A stretch of 64,000 nucleotides of DNA from Ascidiella aspersa (lineage: Eukaryota). Below, in pieces: positions 1 through 13,555 of this stretch. Both the position numbers and the translations under genes were made by a program. The stretch lies in assembly GCA_963924565.1 (NCBI GenBank), contig OZ004610.1, positions 10,106,001 to 10,170,000 of the forward strand, given 5' to 3'. Under the pieces are notes generated by a model. It was given only the letters and a program-made list of their open reading frames with translations, searched no databases and had not been told where the DNA came from. How positions within the stretch are numbered: position 1 is the first letter of the stretch; each line of letters starts with the position of its first letter.

Positions 1-683
1 ATCTTGCCCGCAGATGAATTTGGGCTTTATGTCCGAGCATGATATTATTGAAACTTCCAGCGTCCATGACCCCTTTCCAATTTTTTTACTTATTTAATGC
101 ACAGCAATTTGTCCCGCGTTTCGCACGAATCTCTTTGCGTATACCACGGCGTTTTTTAAACTTGATTAGGTGATGTATTTTGGCGTTTAATAGGAAAACT
201 GTATGTCCGGTCTTTTGAATATAAAACAAAATAAAACGCCTTTTTTCAAATCACTACTTTTTTTAAACCTCAACTGTTAAAAAAATAATATAAGGCTTTC
301 ATAACAATACAAACAGAAATATTCGGCTTGGATTGCCCCTTTCGCTGAAATGTCCCGGCCCCTGTGCTAGCAGCCATACTAGTTGCTGAAAAACGCATTA
401 GACCTAATAAATTAAGGTTTACATTTCCATAGTTGAATTAATTAAGATATTATTGAGGTTAGATTTCGTTACAGGGGCCTAAAATTTTTGCGCGATATTT
501 ATATAAATACTATCAAACTATAGATAGGCTATATAGTGGAAGAAAAAAAAACTTACCACGAGGGTCTGTGAACGCAATTTTAACGTGCGTTTTGTGTCGT
601 TAGTACTAATTATTTGTGTGTTATGTGTTAAAACCGACTTGTACGTTAAATCAGGATTTCTGTAAATTACTGATATCACCGCC

Positions 684-3428
684 ATGAAGACGGTAAGGTT
701 TTTCGGGACGTTTTCGTTTTTGATTGGTATTGCTGATTTATCTCTGGCGGCCATTGCTCTCGGTACCACCTGGTGGAGAAAAAGTTTTGCTGATGATAGC
801 CACTTGGGTCTTTTCGAAACTTGCACAAACACAGGATGCACATCACCTGCATTTTCAAGTTGTAAGTGCAAATTTTAGTCAAATATTTACCTTGTTTTTA
901 CTTTTAATTAGTTTACCTAGTTTAAATCTTTATTCTGAAATTCTTCTTTGGAAAATATTAATGCTAACTTTTTTTGAAATATCGTGACGTTTTTTCTTAA
1001 TATCCGCATTTCCAGTTACCAATTTGTATTATCCTTCACAAATGTAATTAACGTTAGATTAGATCAGCTATAGAAAGTTTGGCCTTCTGTAATGTTCAGA
1101 TTTTTTTGATTTTTATGTACTGAAAGAAACACATAACATACATTAGTCAAAACTAGCACATGGACAGAGAAACGATCTTTAGGTCATCCAGGCATGCTGT
1201 CCTTAAGATGAAAAAATATTGTGGAAAATTATAGAGCAATGTTAAATTAGAACCTAAAATATAGAGATTAAGGAATATGCTCATTTTAAATAATCAAGAA
1301 ATGTTTAAAAAAACTATATAAAACCGATAAATAACAGAAGCGATCTAAAACCAACAAACGTTAAGTACGGCCTGTCTGCCTTCGCTGTTGTCACGCGGTT
1401 TTGCAGGCCCACAATTAATAAATATATGTAGCCTACAGCGTAAGGTAGAAGAGCGATAACTTTTATTTATTAAAACATCGTGTTTAAAGCTAAGTTTAAA
1501 AAATAAATAAATAATTAGGATCAGGCAAACTTTATCCATACCTGTTCAATTGCAGATGAAAGTTACCTAAGAGCCACACAAGCTTTTATGTGCATGGGAT
1601 GCTTCACCTTGCTCGTCAATCTCTTCGTACTACTGTTTATCACGTGCAAGAACGGCAAAAGGAACCTCAACAAATTTGCTGGAATGCTTTTTTTTCTTGC
1701 CGGTAAGGGAGTGAGTTCATAACTCTCCAGCTATATATTGCGAAAACCAAAGTGTCAAAATTTACCAGTTTCGTTTTATCCCGGAAAGTTACGCCTAATT
1801 GGTTGTTTGCGAGTGACAAGTTTGGTTAGAGACCTGTCGCTGTGGCGAAACAATTACTGTGCTGCTTTATAGTTTATACGTAGCCATAAAGTTCAGTGCA
1901 GCGTATTTTCGGGCGGCCATTTATTACTTGCTGATACGTGATTTCATTGAGTGTCTGACAAATGCAGTTAGGCGTCTGACAAAAATGCAGTTGGTGACAT
2001 CGGTTAGCTCAGTACAAAATAAAGCCGAACATCAAAATACCTTGGCGGCGTCGAAGAACAAGGTTTGTAATGATTAACTAAGTTAGTTTAAATTAAAATG
2101 ACTTATTTGTTAAATTTTTGGAAAGTAAGTGCATTTATTCGTTGATTAATGGCTGTATTTGTTACTAACGTGAAGAAGAAACAAGTGAAAAGACTTTAAA
2201 CACAATGCTTGGTATTTTTTATAAGCAGGGGGCCACGAGGGTCGAGAGTCTTTCATAGGGGGCCACGAAGCATAAAAGGTTGAGAACCACTGTACTATAG
2301 CCTTCTTTCCAAATGCATTAGGTCTGCGCAATCTTTTATTGGTTTAAATTAGTGATTTTTAACCTGTGTTCCGCGAAGTACTAGTGTTCCCTGAATAATC
2401 GCCAGGTGTTTTGCAAGAAGTTTGTTGTTTTGAATAATGCTTCATGAAACACCGATCAAAATTCACCGGTTAAACACACAATGGGCGTAATATTTTTTTT
2501 GTTATGTGAAGTTACTATATCTACTATCACAGTTTAAAATGTTCCATTGTGATTTGTTTCATTTATCGTTAAGCAATACCAGTGTTATATAGTATCATTG
2601 GTAAAACTAGGGTAACAATTCCGTGTACCTGTTGCTATACAGCCCGAAATATCAATTTTTTGCTCATCCAAACCGGCCCAGGCATCACACTAAGTAAAAC
2701 TAAAAGTGGATAAATTGTTGATTAGTTTGTTTTAATGTATTATTTTTTGGGTACACTATGCACGGATCTGTAATGTAGCTTAATAATAAATTTCAAAGCC
2801 AAAAAGGTCGAGTAGATCGACAGCATCTTGATTAAGACGTTTCGATGCGAACTTGTCTCATCTTCAGTTAGTGTGACTGAAAAGCAAATCAAAGCTTCAC
2901 TTATAAAAGGTAGGACGCAATTGTTATCATCAGAGTTTTTACAGTTGGAGCCTTTAGGTGTTGAATAGATAGAGCGGTGTAGATAAGGTGTCGACGTTCA
3001 GTTCAGGGCTGCAGTCACTAACTGACGATGATACAAGTTCGTATCGTCGAAACGTCTTAATCAAGATGCTGTCGATCTACTCGACCTTTTTGGCTTTGAA
3101 ATTTATTATTAAGCTGCATTAGTTTTGTTTTGGTAATGCATATATATATAGTAATCTTCATAAACACTGGTTGAGATGACAGTTCGAAATATATCTAAGT
3201 ATATATGCACATTTAGAAATCTTAAGCTCATTGTCGTACATCAATGATTCAACAGGTATTTTTCTGATGGTGGCGTGCGCCGTCTACACCGCCGAACACA
3301 GGCCTACCTTGGTGGCCGCAAACCAGAGCTTCGGATTCTCACTCTGGCTCGCCTGGGCTTCGGTTATTGTCACTTTGCTCTCGGCTCCATTTGGCTTCCT
3401 CGCCAAGGACGATGAGTGGCGCGTTTAG
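684..3428 (+). CDS. PMP22/EMP/MP20 (claudin superfamily) tetraspan membrane protein, 3 exons, ~165 aa
   Basis: Exons 684-861, 1556-1702, 3256-3428; both GT-AG introns are phase 1 and join in frame. Motifs W...GLF..C....C in ECL1, YLRATQAFM before TM2, A.AVYT in TM3, FGFSLWLAW in TM4. Confidence 0.9.
2771..3121. mobile_element. Inverted-repeat pair (~110-bp arms), probably Penelope-like element terminal repeats
   Basis: Arm 2771-2879 is the near-perfect reverse complement of 3012-3121; each arm contains a CTGAnGA...GAAACGTC motif. Confidence 0.65.
3019..3059 (+). ncRNA. Minimal type I hammerhead ribozyme-like motif (second copy on - strand at ~2833-2870)
   Basis: TAA-CTGACGA-T-GATAC-aagttc-GTATC-(gtc)-GAAA-C-GTC-TTA: core boxes, 5-bp stem II, palindromic ACGT stem III, short TAA/TTA stem I. 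Both copies carry lesions. Confidence 0.5.
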
Positions 3429-4059
3429 AGCGCACCTTTCATGTGGCGCCAAACGTTGTGGAAATAATCGTGTAGATGTCACTCGGTTGTTAATGAAATA
3501 TAAAACATACGATCTATTTGAACTAATGTATTTTCCCATAACTAACCCTAACGGCTTGTCATGATTTATATAACCACCCTTTCTTTAACTTGTAACTATT
3601 ATCTCCCGACCCGTGTTACTGAGTTTGTGTGAATTACAATATTGTCCGTTTATTGTTTATAAAGTTGTCTTAAAAGTAAACTTTAGCGAAAAGTAAAAGA
3701 GGAACCAAATATATTTATTTCAATCGCATTGGTGAAAGTCGAACGACAGCTTTTGTAATTAAAAAAAGGAGTTAGTCGCCGTTTTACGACTATATTATTA
3801 TAAAGTTTGATATTATAAAATATTCCTGATAGGAATTAACATCTATTGGTTTTGCTTTTTATTCCGTAAAAGACTGGAATTTTGAAAATACAGTTATTTA
3901 TTTACCCAGCCATCAATTGCAAAAAAAAATTAAGTTGAAATATGTATATTTTCGGAATTTACCCCAAAGTTTATTGATTGACATGGTATAACAAATACAT
4001 TACTGTATTTATAGCTGCTGTGATTTAATATGTATGATCATTTAACCGTCTGTTTAAAC

Positions 4060-4550
4060 CAGTGGTTCTAAACCTTTTTTTAGCTTACGGACCGGTGAAA
4101 TTTCAAAACAAATTTTGCGGACCGGTGGACCTTTAAAAATCAAAATCAACCCAAAATGTAATTACGGCAAAAGTATGCAACTTAAAAGCAAAGACGGGAA
4201 ACTTCAATTAAATTAGCAATTTTCTGCTGTCTTATATCATACGTGGTATACGAAAGTTTTTCACATACAACTATCTTAAAGAAGACTTCAACGACGTGTA
4301 GCCTACTTATAAACAGTTGGGCACAACACTGCTCATTGTAACGTACGGTAAGTCCAAAGTAGACAATTAACTTTATGTTACGTCACAATGCTGCAAATTA
4401 CGGAACTGGCAAAGTTCTTAATTTGGTAAACAAGCTTTTAACATCTTGCATTTTGCAATTGAGATATCAAATTGTAATATATTTGGCGGACCGGCAGAAA
4501 AGTTGACGCGGACCGGCACCGGTCCGCGGACCGGCGGTTGAGAACCACTG
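4060..4550. mobile_element. hAT-type MITE (CAGTGGTTCT termini)
   Basis: TIRs cagtggttctaaacc / ggttgagaaccactg; degenerate 8-bp TSD gtttaaac/gttaaaat; homologous inverted copy at 29967-30456. Confidence 0.85.
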
Positions 4551-5041
4551 GTTAAAATAATCTATATTAAAGTGAAATGCTATTTTCACCTTCAGGTGGT
4601 AAAACTTACCTAGTGTATTTAAAAACTATTCACAGACCACCACGGAGACCACACCATGACATCTGGAGGACCCTTTTGGGATTGTGGTGCACAATAACAA
4701 AACCAACAAATTTAAGATCTTATGTAAAAAGTTTTCTGGTTAGAGAGTATTTCTGAATTACTATAAAACTACACAAAGACCAACTCGAACGCTTTAAGAA
4801 AGCAATAATAGACCAACAACCTGTTGAGTCATTAGCGGCGAAAGTCGCGCAACCAATGGTACTTTCCCACCAAATCAGACAGGTGCGAAAAGGTCTTCTT
4901 TATGTGTCATCCATCGTGGAAAAATACGCATTGTTAAGATCGCACGGGAATCGCTCGTGGGCACCGCAAAGTGCTAAGACGACAATTGTTATTTTTCGTC
5001 ACTGGGCCCGTTCCGCTCTCAGTAACGAGCAACAGCGTCAC

Positions 5042-5208
5042 GTTGCCGGTGGCAACCGAGTGTGAGAAAGTGTCGCAAAACGAGCGGCCGTCGGTCGAGT
5101 GGCGCTCGAGAGGCTAACAAGATTATCGGTGGAAATATCGCGACTTGAGTGTTTGTGAGCTTTGCGCGGTAAATTCTAACACTGGAGAAACTCGTTGCGG
5201 TCGGCAAC
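5042..5208. promoter_or_regulatory. Two RFX X-box-like palindromes in a CpG-rich segment
   Basis: GTTGCC-ggt-GGCAAC (5042-5056) and GTTGCG-gtc-GGCAAC (5194-5208) match GTNRCC-N(0-3)-RGYAAC; about 1 kb upstream of the ATG at 6190. Confidence 0.4.
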
Positions 5209-6189
5209 ACTTTGTTGTGCGCCAACACATGCAACATGCAATTCCTCTCCACTATAAACCGGATCGATTAAAACGAGAAACTTTTGATTTGTGTTCCGTG
5301 AGCTAAATAGAGCTTTACAGAGCAACTTGTGCATGGTGCTCCAGTCTAACATCCTTAAAAAATATATTTTTATATATGAAACATTTTTCCTTTAATTATT
5401 ATTCACGATGTCACTTCGCAAAAACTTGATTTGTGGGTTAAAAGTTCTAAACCTTATACTGCCACGCCACTTAAGTAAGAGCGCGTTTTAAGGACGCACT
5501 CTACAAATAAAAGGACTTTCTTGGTCGGCGCCCCTTGCGATAACTCGGTTGTCATAATCTGGCTTTTGAGCAGGTCCTTAACGATGATATCCGGTCCTCC
5601 AGGGGGCATGGCGTGAAGAGCCAAACATGATTTGGCACCGATATAAGGACGACGCTTCGAGATGGCAACAGTGACAACAAACAAGTTTTAGAGGCGAACA
5701 AGCATAACGGCGCCTATAGACTTTGTATCATATTTGTAATGTTTCAGGTCCACATGAGGATCTTTATTGTCAACTTTGGTTTTATCAAGTTAGTCAGTCC
5801 TTAAAAATACCTTATATATTTCGAGAGAATGTTTATTGTGTTTCCTGATAGCGCGAATGATACGACTGTAGTAATATATTTTAAGTTTGGGCTAATATTG
5901 TTTCCTGAAATTAATTGGCCTATGCTTAGGAAATATTGTGCTACCCGGTTCTAACTTACGTACGCTAATTAAATAAACTTAGGCATCATATATGAACTCA
6001 TGTCCTTTCAAAGAAAGTTGACTTAAAGCTTTTTATATAAAAAAAACAGTATCTTAGCTATCAACGATTCTATATCTAATCAGGTTACGTATAATATTTA
6101 TAGGGCAATAGCAATATTTGTAGTTTTTATTCAAAGTTACAATAAAAATTAAATCAAGGATAAAACTATTTGAAAATTAGGACAAGAAA

Positions 6190-8936
6190 ATGTTTTGGAG
6201 ATCATTTCTTATCACTGTGAATCCGCTAGTTTTATGGATTCTTGGAGATGCAGTTTTGTCAACTCACCAGATGCCAGGCAAGAGAAAAAAAGGGTTACCA
6301 ACAAAGTATACCCATCGTTTAAAATCAATATTTAGGCAAATTATAATTTATGTTTTGTGCCTATAAAGATGAACTGTCATTTTTTTGCCACTTGCTTCAA
6401 ATCACTTTTCCTTTCGATTTTTAGTGACCACCTCACCCGGGCCGTATCGCCAAAAACGGCAAAACGCAAATGAGGTTACTTCACCGTCGCCGGAGTACGT
6501 CGCGTTACTGGAAGACTTTTGGCCGCTGCTAAGTTCCCGGTGTCCTACCGAGTAAGCATAGAAAAAATGTTGCATAACACTGAAACCGGCTCTCACGAAA
6601 ATTCGAAACTGTGTTTTTTTTCACAAAAGTTTTAGTTAAGCTAGCAACTTCGAGATTAAAAACGCGAGTAAATTACAGACTCCACTGTATTTTTTTTAAG
6701 AAGCGTACAATGTACACTGTACATGTTTGTCTCAGTGCCACCATCCATTTATATTGAGTAAATAGTTGAGTACACACATTGCTACCAAGGTTAGGCTACC
6801 AACAAACAAATAAAATTCAAAGTAAATTATTGTATATTTAAGAAACATCACCATTGGTAACCCAAACGTGTATGGAACCTCTAATCCTTCATTTATCATT
6901 CTATGTTAAAGTTGTACTAGTTGTATATGCGCCAACGAATTGGTGATCGATAAGCAGAAAAACCCGTCTGTGGTTTCGTATTTCATAAAGATTGATCTAT
7001 TGTATCTCCAAAAGAGTAAACAAAGGGTTACAGCAGTGGTTCGCAACCGGGGTTCCGCGGCGCCCTGGGGTGCCATTTCTAATGCCGAAGGGTGCCGAGA
7101 GATATTTAAGAGTCTTTAAGAATCTGATTTTCGCTTTACTCTTACATCTTTTTGTATAAGATTAGAGTGGAATAAATCCAAATAAAACTTTCTAGTTATG
7201 CAGATTTGATGTGTGTTTTTCCAGTTCGGTTTATTGTAATATTCTAGCGATTTACCTACGGAAAAATCTTGTAGGGGTGCTTTTATTTTTATTTTCTGAG
7301 AAAACCTATAATAAAAGATTATAAAAGAAGCTATAAAAGGTTGCTAACCACTGGGTTACAGGATCACTTATTTGCAGTCATATTTGTTTTTCTTTAATGT
7401 TTGTTTGTAAACGCTCAAAATCAATTAGTTTTCAAAACATATCACTATCTGTAGTTGCAAACACGCACCGTATGGTAACAGCCTACATCATTCCAACATT
7501 TACATTTGCAGCTATATGCTTTGTTACGATGCATCGTACTGCTTCAGTCCAGAACAGTTGTGCAGCGGCCAGTTGGGGCCTTGCTTGGACAGTTCTAACA
7601 ACATTAATGCGGTTTGCTTGGGAAAAACAACACCTTCCCCGACAACAGGTCAGACAGGTAAAACGTGTTACTAAATGAAAAATAATACATATAAAACAAA
7701 TAATTATAAGGTTACTTACTTATGGCGGCTCTGTGGTTCGTTGTTAATCAATACCCCCAAAAGAACCAAAATGCATTCTGGTCGGATATACGCTTGACTG
7801 GCTTATGTTGTGTAATTGGGGTGCTGCAACTTATGCCGCGATAAAAAGGCAAAATATAACATAAAAATACACTGGTGATCATTATAACCAACTGCAACTG
7901 CATTCTACTTATCTTGCTGGAAACAAACACTCAAACATGTTGTTATTTTCAATTCGAATGGTAAAATACTAAGATGATCTATTAGCAGGATTTTCCACAA
8001 TAACATCCACTGAAGCCTCATCCTTACCTTTAACAACATCCGAAACACTTACCAACAAAACAACGGAAAGCATAACGAATCGACAAACTGAAAACATCCA
8101 AAGGGTGGCGCAGGTGGGTAGCTTTAGGTAAGTAAGTGTTCACGCAGGAATGAATTAATTATTAATTACTTATCTTAATCTTTTCGGCTAAGGCTACCCT
8201 AATGTCACGCGTGGCATAATCGTTAGATTTTAACGGCCATAGGCCTTACTAAGAGGTAGGATTGCATTTGAATTCCCCCACACCCTTTGTTTTGTGTATT
8301 GGAGTCGTTATGCACCCTTGATTGGCTTGACGCCATTTTGTTTGTGCTGCAAGATAGTTCCACAATATACGTCACTTTGTCTTTAGTAAGTTTACATTTA
8401 AGACGCAATAAATCGTCCAGTTGTACACGATCGATTGGCAATCTCTTTTGTCCCCTAAAGCCCAAATTATTCTCCTAGTGAAATGTGAGCGTTATCTGTA
8501 AAAGGTTGATTTGCTGGTAAATGTCAGTGTCGGGAAGACAGAACTTTAACCTTGGTGGGAATGAAAAAAATGAGAATTTAACTTGACATCAAGGTTGCAA
8601 TAACCGTAGCATGTAATATTTAAACTTCTTTAATCTAAAAAATCGTATTCGAATAATCCCAAATACGTATCCGGAGGGTAGCAATATAGGCAACCATGGT
8701 TGACTACTCCACTTTAACCAACACCTTTTGTATACATTGTAGTTTTCGTTACATGATATGTCATGTTCTCTTATAGTCATCCGTTGGTGATTTCCTTCTT
8801 CGTTTTGGTCGGTGGACTTCTCGTTTACGTCGCGGTGGCTACAATCTGTTGCGTCACAATGCGTTGGAATATTGTAAGGCCCCAGCAAACGTTGGTGCCG
8901 CAAGATCAAGTACCCTGTACGAATGTTCCGCAGTAA
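6190..8936 (+). CDS. Single-pass type I membrane protein: signal peptide, RQKR furin site, one LDL-receptor class A-like repeat, Ser/Thr-rich stalk, TM, short tail (~216 aa)
   Basis: Exons 6190-6277 (GC donor), 6425-6551, 7512-7648 (or 7657), 7989-8127, 8777-8936; phases 1,2,1,2 all compatible. Six-Cys CPTDYMLCYDASYCFSPEQLCSGQLGPCLDSSNNINAVC; TM LVISFFVLVGGLLVYVAVATICCV. Confidence 0.8.
7034..7353. mobile_element. hAT MITE with perfect 8-bp TSD
   Basis: TIRs cagtggttcgcaacc / ggttgctaaccactg flanked by GGTTACAG on both sides. Confidence 0.9.
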
Positions 8937-11900
8937 TTTTGTTTTCTCTGTGAATTTTCAGTTATCTAACTCTCGAAATATTTTAAATACATTCGTCGGT
9001 CACAAAAGTCTTTCACAAACAGTTGCATGGCTTTACTGCAATGGTGACACCCTGGGCCACTAAATATAACTTTTGCAGCCATGAAAGTGTTTCGAAAAAA
9101 GGCAACTGTACAAAATTTTTGTTCATTTTATGTGGAAATTTGAATTTTAAAACTGGTCAAGTAGGTACGGTTTGTGCGCCAAAACAAAAATCAGTCTCCA
9201 ATTGTCGGTTATTATTTTGGCTAAGAGCAGTGTAATCAAGACCGGTCCAGAAGGGGGGTAGTCAAATTTATGTTAAATTGGAATATCAATGCCGTCATTT
9301 TTTACACTATGCGATTCTTTTTATGTACAGAAGAGCATTTTGTTTCAATTGCACTTTTACCAATTAAAACGCTAATAAACGTAATTTGTTGGCGCTTTGC
9401 GAGATTTGGCTCGATTTCAGTTGCATATTCGCGCACTAGTTTGCCCGAGAACAACCTGGTTTAAGATTAACTCTTTAACAACGTCACGTTATGCCTTAGC
9501 TTACTGACGTCTTCTGTAAAAAAACATTCTGGCGGTCGTGAGAAAAATAAAGACTGTTAATACGGCCCTTAATAGTGAAATACTTGTATGCCCCTGATTT
9601 ACTAGAAAGAGCAGCCTAGGCTATCCACTAATGCTGTACGATAATGCTGTAAAAGGGCAAGAAATGAGTGCTGATGACATCACTGTCATAAAGTTAAACG
9701 CATTTCTGTCATAAATTAAACGCAAGCTTCAAAATGCTAATACAACACCACTGAAGGTTTTCAGGGATAAGTACATACACTATGTGCACTTATATATTTA
9801 TTACAGTTGGTGTTTGCCTATATGCGTATTTCGGTATAAAAGCTGTGCCCTTTACCTCGTACGTATTGCGTTTTGTGAAGTATAGTCCATTAGCTTTTTT
9901 ATCTGTATAATCTTGAAAATAAAGCGTCATGTGGCTTACTTGACGTGTCTATTTTATTGTGATATGTTTACTGTCGTTTTGCTAAACTCCTTATGTTTGT
10001 TTCTCATCTTTCGGTCAGTACAACATCATTACATCCTTGGTTGCCGGTAAATTCACGTTTAGTCGTACACGGTAATATCAAAATGCAAAATCTATTTGTT
10101 TATTTGTGCATAACTTGCTCAGAACGAATTTTCCTAGACTTCTTTGTTAGAAGAATTGAAGTCACGTTTTTTGTTGTTCACAGAGACTGCTGCGGATACA
10201 CCGCTAACTTAACAATGCTTTCAAGTTCGCTGTGAATATTTGAAACTTCATAATATGCCGTGGCTGAAGAATTTTTAATTAGTATGTGTTAAAGCGTGAT
10301 TTAGCAGGCCTTGCTTTGCCTATAGTCTAGTTGTAAAAATAGATAAGTTCACCAATCCATGATCAAACCAATGATACTATGATCAAACTGTATAATAAAA
10401 ACAACATTTAAAGCACAAAAAAAGCAATGTATGACCTAATTGTAAATTTCGGTCAAATTTACTGCTTATCAACATGGTGTGTCACACGGGTTAGCAAGAA
10501 ATACCTAAAATGATTGCCAACTAAATTTATATATACAAAAGCATATTTTGCGATTCTCCACTTTAGGTAGGCTTTATATATGATATTAATCATTCGTATA
10601 AGAGTAAAATAGCCGCTTAAAAACGTTTTGCCAACCTTGGGGGAATTGCATTTTTACACTACCCGCAAGTCTGCTTTATTTATTTGACGTCGTTATGTCG
10701 CCGTTAAGCCTATAGGCTTGCCAGGTGACAGGGTCGCGCAATGCGTTTTGCAGTTGCGAGTACAAATGCACACAAAGCGAACATTTTAATTGTGCGTTAT
10801 AATATGTAAATGTAAACTTCCCACTATTTTTACATTGTTTCACCACAGCGCCCGAAAGCACCACGACGAGAAATTGTATTAGAATAGAGGGTTGCGAAAG
10901 TTTTATTAAATTGAAGCGTTGCAGACTGAAATGCAAAACCCTGAGTTTTGACCATGGCCGTAACTTTTCCGTTTTTAACTCGAGTTTAGTAGACAAATCA
11001 CCGACGAAGAAAAGCCACGCAGAGACACTATTAGGTGAAAAATGATGGATTAAAATATTTCTATAAAACTTAAAGAAAAAAAGTTTTATAGAAAATTTGA
11101 AAAAACGGTAAAGAAGTTATCAATTAGCGTTTGAATTTTTTTTTTTGAGTAATAAGACGCAAATATTTACAGCGTGGTAATTTATTATTCGAACCAAGGT
11201 TCAATCGATTTAAATAATCTGCTCTACACAAGGTTACGTTTGCTTCAGCAAAATGTTAAAAAAATCGTTTCGCCAAACGCGTATAAAGCATTTTTTTAAA
11301 TGATTGGTTTGGTCTGAATTTCTTATAAGAGGATAAAATGCTTAGCTGAACCGCCCCCCCGAAAAACACAAATTAAAGGGTTTCCTACAAGGCCAGGCAT
11401 CGTAATCTCCTAAAATCTCTGCAATAAGATAGTTTTGCATCTGTCTGGCAATTTGCAGGTATGATTGATCGTAATTTTGTTTTCAGTAAACGTTCTTCTA
11501 CAAGCTTTGTGTGGATGCTGTCTGGTCTACGAGCGTCTGGAAACCGAATTTTTGAAGTCACGGCAATTGTTTGAGATTTCTTGGTACTGGTATTGCTATA
11601 TGAATACATTTATTTTACTATTCGCTTTGTGGTTCACCAAAAGTCTTCTTAACTGTTGATTTTGATGCGTTCAGTTCAGATGCAATATTTATTGCGTCAT
11701 ATAAAAAAAATTATTATTGTAATAATTTTATAAACCGCTTTGTTACACCAAACTGTGACCGCAGATAGAAATCTTAAACGTTTGAAAAAGCCTCCGCATC
11801 ACAAAACCGTAATCAAAGAAGCGGTTTTTAACGGTTCATTCAAATCGTCTGAACCACGACTTTCGAGTCACCTTTAATGCAATTGTATACTGTCGGTCGC

Positions 11901-12038
11901 ACAAATTGCACACACTTAACCGAGAAGCGTCTCAAATTTTCAATACCCTAACCTCTTGTTGCTTCAAACAGCGTTTGTTTCTGAAGTATTTTAAAGACTG
12001 GTTGAATCAGCACAATCCATTGTTTTCCGGTTTACGAG

Positions 12039-12187
12039 NNNNNNNNNNNNNNNNNNNNNNNNNNNNNNNNNNNNNNNNNNNNNNNNNNNNNNNNNNNNNN
12101 NNNNNNNNNNNNNNNNNNNNNNNNNNNNNNNNNNNNNNNNNNNNNNNNNNNNNNNNNNNNNNNNNNNNNNNNNNNNNNNNNNNNNNN
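12039..12187. other. Assembly gap (149 N)
   Basis: Run of N. Confidence 1.
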
Positions 12188-12332
12188 TTAATTTTACCTA
12201 AATGGAAACTGGTTCCTACGATATTCGGTGTTAGCTCTATCTTTATTTTTATCCATGTTTTGAACAACTTGTTTTAAAAGAGGTTGTATTCACGAAATAT
12301 GATAGATGAAAAGTATTCACGAAATATCCTAT

Positions 12333-13049
12333 CAGCGGTTCTTAACCGGGGGGGGGGGGGGCAATTTTTAGGGGGGCGCGAGCTCCAAGTTAATATTTAA
12401 TTTTTTTTACAATGATTCTAATGGTTTCGTCACTCCTACAGCGCTGTACAAATTCTGTTTTTGCCAACATTGAAATTGCCAAAAATTTTCTCTTCGAGTG
12501 TCATTTCATGTTTTCATATCATCAATGGTTTAACGGGCCTATTCAATAAAAGCTTTGTCAACTTATAGATAAACGATCGAACTATTTTTTGTCAATATTT
12601 TATATATGCTAACAGGCTAGCAACAGGGAAACTTAAGAATCTATAATGTTTTTGCAATATTGCCATTGTATTGTGTGCCGTCACATCTTTTGAAACACGA
12701 TAACGCAATGTTTAATATTTGCGCTCGACATCACAGCCTTACAACTGTGGAGTAAATGCCCCCACAACACGTTTGTCTATATCAGCTCGGTAAAAATCAA
12801 TGTGTCGAGCACGAGCAATTTGCGGTGTGCCCAATGCGAAAATCCTCCTGAATTTACAGGTTAGCGCCAATTCAACCAGGTAAAGCTCAATTTTTTTCGC
12901 GCTCCGCGCGTCCTACAACAAACTTCACTATTTTCAAGTTATCTCAGTGATGTTTAATTGAAAAATCCGAATTGTTTTATGCAGGGCGGCGCGAGGCATA
13001 GGAAAATTACCAAAGGGGGGCGCGGCTGAAAAAAGGTTAAGAAACACTG
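12333..13049. mobile_element. hAT-type MITE
   Basis: TIRs cagcggttcttaacc / ggttaagaaacactg with subterminal ggggggcgcg motifs; no clean TSD. Confidence 0.75.
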
Positions 13050-13555
13050 CTATAGATGAAATTATATTGGTGGAAAGTAATTTAGTTTAAATTTATTATA
13101 GCAGTGGCAACAATACTAATCACAATTATATAAGCGTAAAGGTCGGCGGTTATAGCACAACGATAGAATACGCGTGATTGCTCATGAAACTGCCTCCGTT
13201 ATTGTTTAGCCTACAATTTTTAACCCTACTGCTACTGTGTTCGCATTGTAGCAACAAATAAACAGTTATCTAATACTTATAGAAACAATCAAAACTTGAA
13301 ATATGAGAAACACTCATAAATTACTTTATAACTACAACACCAAAATAAGCAATATTTTTAACGCTTTTGCAAAAAAAAAAAAACTTTTAATTATGTCGAT
13401 TTTTTACTTGAATCCACGCTTTTAGTTAATAATTCAAACGACGTTTTTTCGTTTCACATTTTCTAAAAAAAAATCGAAACGCTGTACAGAATGGTATATG
13501 CAGCGCGCGCGGGCAACCCGCCGCGACACATCGAAACGCCAGAACTCGGTCCTGT

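Noticed and set aside
11906-12277. ORFs spanning the N run
   Set aside because: Artefacts of the assembly gap.
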